This document shows positions 55,888 through 64,000 of a DNA stretch of 64,000 bases, in pieces. Every line of letters begins with the position of its first letter. Positions within the stretch are counted from its first letter, which is position 1. The stretch covers positions 13,569 through 77,568 of the forward strand of contig CALWXH010000002.1 of assembly GCA_944385465.1 (NCBI GenBank). Direction: 5' to 3'. Made by a program: the position numbers and the translations under genes. Origin of the DNA: an uncultured Oscillospiraceae bacterium (lineage in GTDB: Bacteria; Bacillota; Clostridia; Oscillospirales; Oscillospiraceae). The notes under the pieces are model-generated. The model was not told the DNA's origin, did no database searches, and was given only the letters and a program-made list of their open reading frames with translations.

Positions 55888-56799
55888 TCATTCCTCCCGG
55901 GCGGTGAATTTCTCCAGCAAAATGTCGGGGTAATAGGACAGCTTGGCCTTCCGCAGGCCCTCCAGCCCCAGATCGTCCTCCCGGTTGAGCCATCTGACCT
56001 GAGGGTGGCGCTGGCGCACCATTCGGGCCATCTCCCGGTTGATGACGGCGTAGGCCCCCTGGATGTCCCCGTCCGCCTTTTCAAAGTGGACGTCGAAGCA
56101 CTCCGGGGTGGTGAGGCTGCCCAGGGAGAAGGCCACGGGCGTTCCCCCCGCCCGGATGAGGCCGCCCTCCAGCCCCAGGGGCTCCATGTGGTAGAGCGCC
56201 TCGATGACGGCGATGGTCTCCTCGGACAGGGATTCCTCCCCCGCCTCCGGCTCACTCTCCTCCCGCCGGGCGGACCAGGCCCGCTCCAGGTCCAGGCACT
56301 CGGGGATGTTGGCCGGGGTGATGGGCTCGAACATCCAGTCGGGGAACTGCTCGTCAAAGCGGTGGATGTGGTTGCGCTTGGCGTGGAGCTTTTTGCCGGG
56401 CAGGTCGGCCAGCCGGTTCACGTCGTAGAGATAGTCCCAGCCGTCCCGGTCCTCCTGAAAGGAGAAGCGGCCGGGAAACTGCCCCTCCAGCGCCTGGCGC
56501 TGGGCCGCCGTGACGCACACCAGGGTGAGGGGGGCGCCGTGGGCGGCGGCGTCCTGGGACAGGGCGTCCAGGGCGGGGGCCAGCGGCCCGCTGCCGGCGG
56601 GGTAGAGGTAGCAGGTGCCCAGGCTGCCCTGGATGCGCACCAGCAGCCGGTCCCCCAGCCGGGAGAGCTTCTGGGGATAGGCCCGGCTCCACAGGTAGAT
56701 GTTGTCGAAGTTGTACTCACAGCCCATCTCCCCCTCGGCGGCCAGCAGGGGGAGGACCCACTGGCGGTCGGCGGGATCGGGACATCGGAAGGGTTCCAT
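55888..56799 (-). CDS. DUF2156-like protein (MprF C-terminal aminoacyl-transferase-like fold)
   Basis: 303 aa (MEPFRCPDPADRQW...KKLHAKRNHIHRF...YYPDILLEKF). The upstream 220 codons of ORF 55888..57468 are antisense to rny. The family name is recalled, not searched. Confidence 0.6.
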   Translation of the reverse strand: MEPFRCPDPADRQWVLPLLAAEGEMGCEYNFDNIYLWSRAYPQKLSRLGDRLLVRIQGSLGTCYLYPAGSGPLAPALDALSQDAAAHGAPLTLVCVTAAQRQALEGQFPGRFSFQEDRDGWDYLYDVNRLADLPGKKLHAKRNHIHRFDEQFPDWMFEPITPANIPECLDLERAWSARREESEPEAGEESLSEETIAVIEALYHMEPLGLEGGLIRAGGTPVAFSLGSLTTPECFDVHFEKADGDIQGAYAVINREMARMVRQRHPQVRWLNREDDLGLEGLRKAKLSYYPDILLEKFTAREE

Positions 56800-56926
56800 A
56801 TCGTCAAATCCTTTTCTTTGGCAGAATTGACCCCGGCGGGGCCTTGGCGGATTTATCATAGCATAGTTGTAGGATAAAGGCAATACAAAAAAGGTTGCTG
56901 CCCCGCCGGGGGCAGCAACCCTGGGT

Positions 56927-58483
56927 TTATTTGGCGTATTCGATGGCCTTGGTCTCCCGGATGAGGTTGACCTTGATCTGGCCGGGGTACTCCAGTTCGT
57001 CCTCGATCTTCTTGGCGATCTCCCGGGCCAGGATGACCATCCGGTCCTCGGAGACCTCCTCCGGCTTGACCATGATGCGCACTTCCCGGCCGGCCTGGAT
57101 GGCGTAGGCCTTGTCCACGCCGGGGAAGGAGGAGGTGAGCTCCTCCAGCTTCTCCAGACGCTTGATATAGTACTCCACGTTCTCCTTCCGGGCGCCGGGG
57201 CGGGCGGCGGAGATGGCGTCGGCCGCCTGGACCAGGCAGGCCACGATGGTGCGGGCCTCCACATCCCCGTGGTGGGCCTCGATGGCGTGGATGACGCCCT
57301 CGCCCTCCCGGTATTTCCGGGCCAGCTCCACGCCGATCTGCACGTGGGAGCCCTCCACCTCGTGGTCGATGGACTTGCCCAGATCGTGGAGCAGGCCGGC
57401 CCGCTTGGCCTCGGTGACGTTGGCGCCGATCTCGGCGGCCAGCAACCCGGCCAGGTGGGACACCTCAATGGAGTGGTTGAGCACGTTCTGCCCGTAGCTG
57501 GTGCGGTAGTGCTGGCGGCCCAGCAGCTTGATGAGCTCGGGGTTCAGGCCGTGGACGTTGGTCTCGAACACGGCCCGCTCGCCCTCGGCCTTGATGGTGG
57601 CGTCCACCTCCCGCTTGGCCTTCTCCACCATCTCCTCGATGCGGGTGGGGTGGATGCGCCCGTCCAGGATGAGCTTTTCCAGGGCCAGCCGGGCGATCTC
57701 CCGGCGCACCGGGTCGAAGCAGGACACGGTGATGGCCTCGGGGGTGTCGTCGATGATGAGGTCCACCCCGGTGAGGGTCTCCAGGGTGCGGATGTTCCGG
57801 CCCTCCCGGCCGATGATCCGCCCCTTCATCTCGTCGTTGGGCAGGGGGACCACGGAGACGGTGGCCTCGGACACGTGGTCGGCGGCGCACCGCTGGATGG
57901 CCAGGGCGATCTGCTCCCGGGCGTAAGTGTCGGCCTCCTCCTTGAAGCGGGCCTGGATCTCCTTGATCTTCAGCGCCTCCTCGTGGGTGACCTCGTCCTC
58001 CAGCTGCTCGATGAGGTAGCGCTTGGCCTCCTCAGTGGTGAGGCCGGAGATGCGCTCCAGGGCCTCCAGCTGGCTCTGCTTGAGGGTTTCAATCTCCTCC
58101 TTGTCCCGCTCCAGCTGGGCGGAGCGGGCGGAGAGCTGTTCCTCCTTGCGCTCCATGTTTTCCGTCTTGCGGTCCAGGTTTTCCTCCTTCTGGTTCAGGC
58201 GGTTTTCCTGGCGCTGAAGCTCGCTGCGGCGGTCCTTGACTTCCTTCTCAAACTCGTTGCGGGCCTTGAGAATTTCCTCCTTGGCCTCCACGGTGGCTTC
58301 CCGTTTCTTGTTTTCCGCGCTCTTGATGGCTTCGTTGATGACACGCCGTGCCTCTTCCTCGGCAGAGCCGATCTCCCGCTCCGCGAAGGCCTTGCGCCGC
58401 TGATAGCCGATGACGGCGCCGATGATCAGGCCCGCCGCCAGGGCGACGATGATGAGGACCACGGCCAGAATGACAGGCATCAT
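56927..58483 (-). CDS. rny: ribonuclease Y
   Basis: N-terminal TM segment, coiled coil, KH domain ([12 protein letters not shown]) and HD domain (LHDLGK...HH). Start at MMPVILAVV. Confidence 0.92.
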   Translation of the reverse strand: MMPVILAVVLIIVALAAGLIIGAVIGYQRRKAFAEREIGSAEEEARRVINEAIKSAENKKREATVEAKEEILKARNEFEKEVKDRRSELQRQENRLNQKEENLDRKTENMERKEEQLSARSAQLERDKEEIETLKQSQLEALERISGLTTEEAKRYLIEQLEDEVTHEEALKIKEIQARFKEEADTYAREQIALAIQRCAADHVSEATVSVVPLPNDEMKGRIIGREGRNIRTLETLTGVDLIIDDTPEAITVSCFDPVRREIARLALEKLILDGRIHPTRIEEMVEKAKREVDATIKAEGERAVFETNVHGLNPELIKLLGRQHYRTSYGQNVLNHSIEVSHLAGLLAAEIGANVTEAKRAGLLHDLGKSIDHEVEGSHVQIGVELARKYREGEGVIHAIEAHHGDVEARTIVACLVQAADAISAARPGARKENVEYYIKRLEKLEELTSSFPGVDKAYAIQAGREVRIMVKPEEVSEDRMVILAREIAKKIEDELEYPGQIKVNLIRETKAIEYAK

Positions 58484-58711
58484 AATGGGCTTCCACACCT
58501 CCTGTGACAGATAAATTTCCAGAATTGCAAAATAAGACGCGATGCGCATCACGCACACCGCGATAACTGAAAAGCCGCCCGCCATGGGCAGGGTATTTGA
58601 GTGTCATATATCGGGGCCGGTAGGGATGAAAATATATGAAAACGCGCCCAACGGCGCCGCAAACGCTCAAACAGGCGGAGACCGCCCGGATTTTCAAAAT
58701 TATCTGCCTCT

Positions 58712-58740
58712 ATTGTAAAGGGATGTGTCTTTTCTGTCAA
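58712..58740 (-). promoter_or_regulatory. sigma-A promoter for rny (about 225-nt leader)
   Basis: Minus strand TTGACA-17 nt-TACAAT. Confidence 0.6.
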
Positions 58741-58941
58741 GGGCAATGTGAAGGAGTTGTCAAAGTGCCGGAGAGAGAAAATGGGAAGATGTTCGGACTT
58801 TTTCGGCGAAAAATCCCGGAGGATGTGGGGAAAACCTGAAAATGGGGAATAAATGGCGGGGAGCGCAAAAAATGCGGAAAGAGAGGGCGCGGCCGGCGGA
58901 AAAGGCTGGGCTTTTCCGCCGGCCGCGGGGGGGTGGGCCGG

Positions 58942-59031
58942 TCAGGGGCGCCGGCCCGGCGCCCGGCGGGCCAGCGCCAGGGCGGCCAGCGCCAGGCCCG
59001 CCAGGGCCAGCGGGAACAGCAGGCGTTTCAT
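58942..59031 (-). CDS. 29-aa hydrophobic peptide candidate downstream of the FtsX-type permease
   Basis: MKRLLFPLALAGLALAALALARRAPGRRP with AAAGGAG 7 nt upstream. A GC-rich hairpin at 58886..58925 follows. Below the ORF-track cutoff. Confidence 0.3.
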   Translation of the reverse strand: MKRLLFPLALAGLALAALALARRAPGRRP

Positions 59032-59055
59032 GGCAGACTCCTTTCCTGAAGGGGA

Positions 59056-61131
59056 TTACCGGACGATTTTGTAATAGGTCCGGGCGGTGAGCAGGTAGAC
59101 GATCCCGTACACCAGGCAGAACACCAGCAGCGTGCCCCCGGTGCACAGCGCGGTGGTGAGCACGCTCCGGACGGAGAACATGGTGAGCAGCTGCACCACC
59201 AGGTTGAAGTCGAAGAGGATGTGCACCGCAGCGGCCAGGATGGGCAGGGAGAACACGGTGAGCACCTGGCTGCGGATGGAGGCGCGCACCTGCCCCTCGG
59301 ACAGGCCCACCTTGCGCATGATCTCAAACCGGCCCTGGTCCTCGTACCCCTCGGACACCTGCTTGTAGTAGATGATGAGCACCGTGGCCAGGAGGAAGAC
59401 CACCCCCAGCAGGATGCCCAGGAAGAGGAAGCCGCCGGCCATGGCGTAGCCGTCCACCTCCATCCGGGCCCGGGTGGACACGGAGAGATAGTCAAAATAG
59501 CCGGTGTTCTGGTAGGCGTCCTCTCCCAGGTTGTGGTCGTACCAGGCGTTCTCCAGCTCCAGGGCCTGCGCCTGGGTGCAGTCCAGGTCCAGCAGGTCCA
59601 GGTAGTAGTAGGTGGTGGTGTCGGGGCCGCCGGCGGCGGCAGTCTCCAGGGCGGCGAAGGCGTCCAGCGCCCCGCTGTCCGGCAGGATCAGGGCCACGGC
59701 CTCGAAGGTGTCAAAGGTGTTGGAGAAGAAGGGGATGGCCGCCAGGGTGTGGGCGATCTCCACAGTGAGGTCGGGGCCGGTCTCCTCCGGGCCGTTTTCC
59801 CCCATGGTGATGGCCTTGAACACGATGGACTGCCCCAGTTCCTGGGGCAGCGTTCCGCACAGGGCGGCCTGGCCGGGCCCCAGCTCCGGGGCGGCCTGGC
59901 CGGTGAGGGCCTGGTAGCTGTCCCGGGTGAGCAGGTAGATGGTGCGCCCGGTGGTGCGGTCGGCGGTGGCGCCGATCTCCACGCGCCGGGTGGCGGTGTT
60001 GGCCAGGGCGGTGAGGCGCAGGTAGGTGACGGACCGGGCGTCCTCCACCCCGATGCCCTGGCTGTCCAGGAACTGCCGGGCCAGCTCGTCCATGGCCTGG
60101 CCGTCAAAGGGCTCCTCGCCGTTGGCGGCCGCCACATCCGGGGTGTAGCGCACCTCGATCTGGAAGTCGGCGGGGTACTGGGCGGCGATGATGTCCCCGG
60201 TGCCCAGATACAGGGACAGGGTGCCCGAGATCATCACCATCACCATGGTGGACAGGATGCAGATGTTGGCCAGGCCCACGGCGTTGCGCTTCATGCGGTA
60301 GAGCATGCCGGACACGCCGATGAAGTGGCCGGTCTGGTAGTAGAAGGCCTTGTTCTTCCGCAGCAGCTTCAGCACGGCGATGGAGCCGGCCACAAACAGG
60401 CAGTAGGTGCCCACGATGACCAGCAGCACCGCCAGGAAGTACAGGACGATGGCGCTCATGGGGTCGGCGGTGAGGACGGCGATGGCGTACCCCGCCCCCA
60501 GGCAGGCGATGCCCAGCACCGCCAGCAGCCAGCGGGTCTTGGGCTCCCGCTCCCCCACCTGGCCGCCCCGGAGCAGCTGGATGGGGCTGACCAGGGACAC
60601 CCGGCCCAGGTTGAGGACCAGGGCCAGCACCAGCAGCGCCCCGAACAGCACGGCGGTGAGGGCCAGGGCGGGCAGGGACAGCCCCGGGGAGAAGGGGATG
60701 GAAAAGCGCAGCAGTTTGGTGAGCAGCAGGGTGGCTAGGCTGTGGAGGATCACCCCGGCCGCCGCGCCCCCCACGATGCCGATGAGGGCGGTGTACAGGC
60801 TCTCCCAGCACTGGAGCAGGGCCAGGTTGCCCTTGCCCATGCCCAGGATGTTGTACAGCCCCAGCTCCTTTTTCCGCTGTTTCATGAGGAAGCTGTTGAT
60901 GTACAGCACCAGGATGGCGGAGAAGATGCCGGCGATGACCATGCCCAGGCTCATCATGATCTGGACATACTCCGCCCCCCGCAGCTGGTGGACGCCGGGG
61001 TCGAACACCAGGGCGGCCATGACGTAGAAGGCGGCGGCCAGCCCCACCAGGGCCAGCAGATAGGGGAGGTAGAACCGGCGGTTCTGCCGCAGGTTCTGGG
61101 CCGCCAGCTTGGGGTAGAGTCCGTTACGCAT
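59056..61131 (-). CDS. BceB-type FtsX-family ABC transporter permease
   Basis: About 690 aa with 10 TM segments and a large extracellular loop between TM7 and TM8. ATG 61131 lies 8 nt after GGAGG and overlaps the ATPase stop. Confidence 0.85.
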   Translation of the reverse strand: MRNGLYPKLAAQNLRQNRRFYLPYLLALVGLAAAFYVMAALVFDPGVHQLRGAEYVQIMMSLGMVIAGIFSAILVLYINSFLMKQRKKELGLYNILGMGKGNLALLQCWESLYTALIGIVGGAAAGVILHSLATLLLTKLLRFSIPFSPGLSLPALALTAVLFGALLVLALVLNLGRVSLVSPIQLLRGGQVGEREPKTRWLLAVLGIACLGAGYAIAVLTADPMSAIVLYFLAVLLVIVGTYCLFVAGSIAVLKLLRKNKAFYYQTGHFIGVSGMLYRMKRNAVGLANICILSTMVMVMISGTLSLYLGTGDIIAAQYPADFQIEVRYTPDVAAANGEEPFDGQAMDELARQFLDSQGIGVEDARSVTYLRLTALANTATRRVEIGATADRTTGRTIYLLTRDSYQALTGQAAPELGPGQAALCGTLPQELGQSIVFKAITMGENGPEETGPDLTVEIAHTLAAIPFFSNTFDTFEAVALILPDSGALDAFAALETAAAGGPDTTTYYYLDLLDLDCTQAQALELENAWYDHNLGEDAYQNTGYFDYLSVSTRARMEVDGYAMAGGFLFLGILLGVVFLLATVLIIYYKQVSEGYEDQGRFEIMRKVGLSEGQVRASIRSQVLTVFSLPILAAAVHILFDFNLVVQLLTMFSVRSVLTTALCTGGTLLVFCLVYGIVYLLTARTYYKIVR

Positions 61132-61891
61132 CCCGCTCACCTCCGGCGGCCAGCTGGGTCAGGGTGTGGGCGATGAGCCGGTACATCTCCCCGTCCCCCC
61201 GGCCCTCCCGGTACAGCTGGTGGTACACCGCCCCGTCCCGGATGAACAGTACCCGGCCGGCGTGGCTGGCGGCGGAGGTGGAGTGGGTGACCATGAGCAC
61301 CGTCTGCCCCGCCCGGTTGATCTGGCTGAACAGGGCCATGAGGCTGTCGGCGGCCCGGGAGTCCAGGGCGCCGGTGGGCTCGTCGGCCAGGATGATCTCC
61401 GGCTGGGTGATGAGGGCCCGGGCCACGGCGCACCGCTGCTTCTGGCCGCCGGACACCTCATAGGGGTATTTGTCCAGCAGCTGCGTGATGCCCAGGGTGT
61501 CCGCCAGGGGGGCCAGGCGGCGCTCCATCTCGGGGTATTTCTTCCCGGACAGCACCAGGGGCAGCAGGATGTTGTCCCGGAGGGAGAAGGTGTCCAGCAG
61601 GTTGAAGTCCTGGAACACAAAGCCCAGGTTGTCCCGGCGGAAGGCGGCCATGTCCTTCTCCCGCACCCCGGCCAGGTCCCGGCCGGAGAGCAGCACCGTG
61701 CCGGCGGTGGGCCGGTCCAGGGCGGCCAGGATGTTCAGCAAGGTGGTCTTGCCGGAGCCGGACTCCCCCATGATGGCCACGAACTCCCCCTGTTCCACGG
61801 TGAAGGACACGTCGGTGAGGGCCTCCACCTGCTGGCCGCCGAAGCGGGTGGTGTAGACTTTCTTCAGATGACTGACTTCCAGAATGGACAT
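61124..61891 (-). CDS. BceA/MacB-type ABC transporter ATP-binding protein
   Basis: GESGSGKTTLLNILA, VSGGQKQRCAVARA, ILADEPTGALD. Confidence 0.9.
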   Translation of the reverse strand: MSILEVSHLKKVYTTRFGGQQVEALTDVSFTVEQGEFVAIMGESGSGKTTLLNILAALDRPTAGTVLLSGRDLAGVREKDMAAFRRDNLGFVFQDFNLLDTFSLRDNILLPLVLSGKKYPEMERRLAPLADTLGITQLLDKYPYEVSGGQKQRCAVARALITQPEIILADEPTGALDSRAADSLMALFSQINRAGQTVLMVTHSTSAASHAGRVLFIRDGAVYHQLYREGRGDGEMYRLIAHTLTQLAAGGERDA

Positions 61892-62017
61892 ATGCGCAGC
61901 TCCTCTCCGCGTTTCAGCGCGTTGAATGTATTAACCGTGTTGGTACAGTTAATATATCACGGAAACAATAAGAAAGGAAGGGGGAAATCTTAAAGAATGT
62001 CTTAAGACTTTTGAAAG

Positions 62018-62868
62018 CAAACCCCGGGGCGCCCCGCCCGGGGTTCGCCCGGAAGGGCGACCTACTTTCGCCGGAAAGTTCCGGCAAACCCTATGGCTTG
62101 TCGGGTCCCGCCCCGACAGGCGGGGGACTTTCTCTTGCACCAGAGAAAGTACCCAAAGAGCGTGTCCAGGGGGAGGGCCCCCTGGATACCCCCCCACTCA
62201 GTTGGGGTGCGCCCTTCTCTTTCCGGCGTCCTGAACCCGCGGTTGCCCAGCTTCCCCCGACGCCCTCCGGGCTCGTGCGTACGTATGCTTCGGCTGTCGC
62301 ACTCCAATGGGCCGCCTGGCTGGGCAGGGGCCTCCGGCGTGGCGCACCGTTAGAGGTGCAGCCCCGCAGGCTTGAATACCAAATACAGGCGCCCATAGGC
62401 GTGGGACAAGGTGACAGGTCACCTGCGCAAAAGGCCGGAGGCCGCCTTGCGTCGCTGAGGGTGTCAGCAGGCGTGCGCCGGTAAGAGGACACCGCGCCAG
62501 TTTTACTCTTCCGTAAAATGGGGGTTCTTAGGGGGTGGGCCGACTGTGAGCGAGGCCCCGCACTTGGGGGCCGAAGTCGAACCGGAGGCCGACCCCCTAA
62601 GCCGCCCTTTGGTTCCTTTCGGGCGGTGCCGAAAGGAACTCGCCCTCAGGCGAAACCTCGTCGTCGCAAAGTCCGCTTAACTTCGTTTCCGCCCAAGAGC
62701 GGCGAAAACTGCGCTTCACTTCCTTGCTCCTCCTCTCCCCACCGAACCCGCTTCGCTGGGCTTCGGCGGGGACCCCGAATGCCTGCCGGGACGAGACCCG
62801 GCAAACTTTAGGATTTGCCGGCACCCTCCGGCGAACGAAACGGGGGAACAGGGGACTCTGCCCCCGCC
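62018..62868. repeat. mosaic intergenic repeat cluster L3 (A-, core+, B'+, D-)
   Basis: An 850-bp non-coding gap. The core is collinear with L1 and L2, while modules A and D are inverted relative to L1. Confidence 0.85.
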
Positions 62869-64000
62869 TCAGATATACAGGCTGCTGGGCATGACCTCCC
62901 GCACCTCATACCCCGCCTGGCGCAGGCTGTCCAGGATCTCCTCCTTGTGGGCCTTGCCGAAGGCCTCCAAGGTGACCTTCAGCTCCACCCCGGACTGGCG
63001 GTTGATGTTGACAAACTGGTTGTGATCCAGCTTGATGATGTTGCCGCTGCGCTGGGCCACCAGCTCCGCCACCCGCAGCAGCTCACCGGGCCGGTCGGGC
63101 AGCTGTACCGAGAAGGTGAAGATCCGGCTGCGGTTGATGAGCCCGTGCTGCACCAGGGAGGAGACGGTGATCACGTCCATGTTGCCCCCGGACAGGACGC
63201 TCACCACGCTGCACCCCTTGCAGTCCAGGTGGTGCAGGGCCGCGATGGGCAGCAGCCCCGCGTTCTCCACCACCATCTTGTGCTTTTCCATCACGTCCAG
63301 GAAGGCGTCCACCAGCTCGTCATCCTCAATGGTGAGGATCTCGTCCACATTCTTCTGGATGTAAGGGAACACCTTTTCCCCCGGGGTTTTCACCGCCACG
63401 CCGTCGGCGATGGTCTCCACCTTGGGCAGGGTGACCACGTGCCCCGCCTCCAGGCTGGCCTTCATGGAGGCCGCGCCGGTGGGCTCCACCCCGATGACCT
63501 TCACGTGGGGGTTGAGCAGCTTGGCCAGGGTGGACACGCCCGCGGCCAGCCCGCCGCCGCCGATGGGGACCAGGATCACGTCCACATCGGGCAGGGACTG
63601 GAAGATCTCATAGGCGATGGTGCCCTGGCCGGTGGCCACGGTGAGGTCGTCAAAGGGGTGGACGTAGGTCAGCCCCTCCTTTTCGCTCAGCTGGGCGGCC
63701 AGGGCGGCCGCGTCGTCAAAGGTCTCCCCCTGGAGGATGACCCGGGCGCCGTAGTCCTTGGTGTTGTTCACCTTCACCAGGGGGGTGGTGGTGGGCATGA
63801 CCACGGTGGCGGGAATGCCGGCGGCCTGGGCGGCGTAGGCCACCCCCTGGGCGTGGTTGCCGGCGGAGGCGGTGATGAGCCCCCGCTCCTTCTCATCCTG
63901 GCTGAGGGTGGAGCACTTGAAATAGGCCCCCCGGATCTTGTACGCGCCGGTGACCTGCATGTTCTCCGGCTTGATGTACACGCTGTTCCCCGTGGTCTTG
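62869..64000 (-). CDS. ilvA: threonine ammonia-lyase (threonine dehydratase) with C-terminal ACT-like domain; 5' end beyond the window
   Basis: PLP lysine context TGAYKIRGA, SAGNHAQGVA and GGGGL loop. The reading frame stays open to position 64000. Confidence 0.88.
   Translation of the reverse strand, partial: KTTGNSVYIKPENMQVTGAYKIRGAYFKCSTLSQDEKERGLITASAGNHAQGVAYAAQAAGIPATVVMPTTTPLVKVNNTKDYGARVILQGETFDDAAALAAQLSEKEGLTYVHPFDDLTVATGQGTIAYEIFQSLPDVDVILVPIGGGGLAAGVSTLAKLLNPHVKVIGVEPTGAASMKASLEAGHVVTLPKVETIADGVAVKTPGEKVFPYIQKNVDEILTIEDDELVDAFLDVMEKHKMVVENAGLLPIAALHHLDCKGCSVVSVLSGGNMDVITVSSLVQHGLINRSRIFTFSVQLPDRPGELLRVAELVAQRSGNIIKLDHNQFVNINRQSGVELKVTLEAFGKAHKEEILDSLRQAGYEVREVMPSSLYI

Noticed and set aside
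55888-57468. A 526-aa ORF suggesting a large fusion protein.
   Set aside because: Its N-terminal ~220 codons are the antisense strand of rny (56927..58483) and translate to Pro/Arg/Ser-rich low-complexity sequence. A proper start (MEPFRC, 56799) gives a 303-aa DUF2156-like protein.
58842-59090. An 82-aa + strand ORF (MGNKWRGAQK...) and the 128-aa ORF 58760..59146 (-).
   Set aside because: Both are Pro/Gly/Ala/Arg low-complexity translations of a GC-rich terminator region and lack an RBS. Only the short 29-aa minus-strand ORF has a plausible RBS.

Overview
High-GC (about 60%+) Firmicutes/Clostridia-type chromosome. By gene content it looks like Oscillospiraceae (Flavonifractor-like), but that is inference only. 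About 60 genes are tightly packed, roughly three quarters on the minus strand. Most are housekeeping: proS, ptb-buk, sbcCD, rnj, pepF, rlmA, obg, rplU-prp-rpmA, hemZ-like, cysK, rpsT, gpr, miaB, mreD-like/PBP2, rny, and partial ilvA. There is also a 10-gene molybdenum-cofactor cluster with a probable Moco riboswitch, and an amino-acid ABC importer. One accessory-looking operon reads small ORF, XRE, DUF3169, CPBP protease, then two ABC exporters. Other accessory genes are a BceAB-type exporter, a lone tyrosine integrase and two paralogous DAPG/phloretin-hydrolase-family genes. I found no rRNA, complete tRNA, CRISPR array or intact IS element.

The most unusual content is non-coding:
1. A mosaic family of GC-rich, hairpin-dense intergenic repeats fills three 0.85-1 kb gaps (41.3-42.3 kb, 46.2-47.0 kb, 62.0-62.9 kb). 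Fragments also lie in the rplU leader and the obg/rpmA gap. Its ~375-400 nt core is always on the + strand and shows compensatory changes in its hairpins.
2. A ~132-bp sub-unit is bounded by AGAAGCG(T)CTGAGCC and always runs in the direction of local transcription.
3. A second ~95-105 bp element occurs twice. It combines tandem DnaA-box-like TTCCACA 9-mers with a GACAT..ATGTC palindrome.
4. An 81-bp duplication of the moeA/moaC junction flanks a 125-bp insert.

All functional calls come from reading the translated ORFs and motifs by eye. No database search was run.
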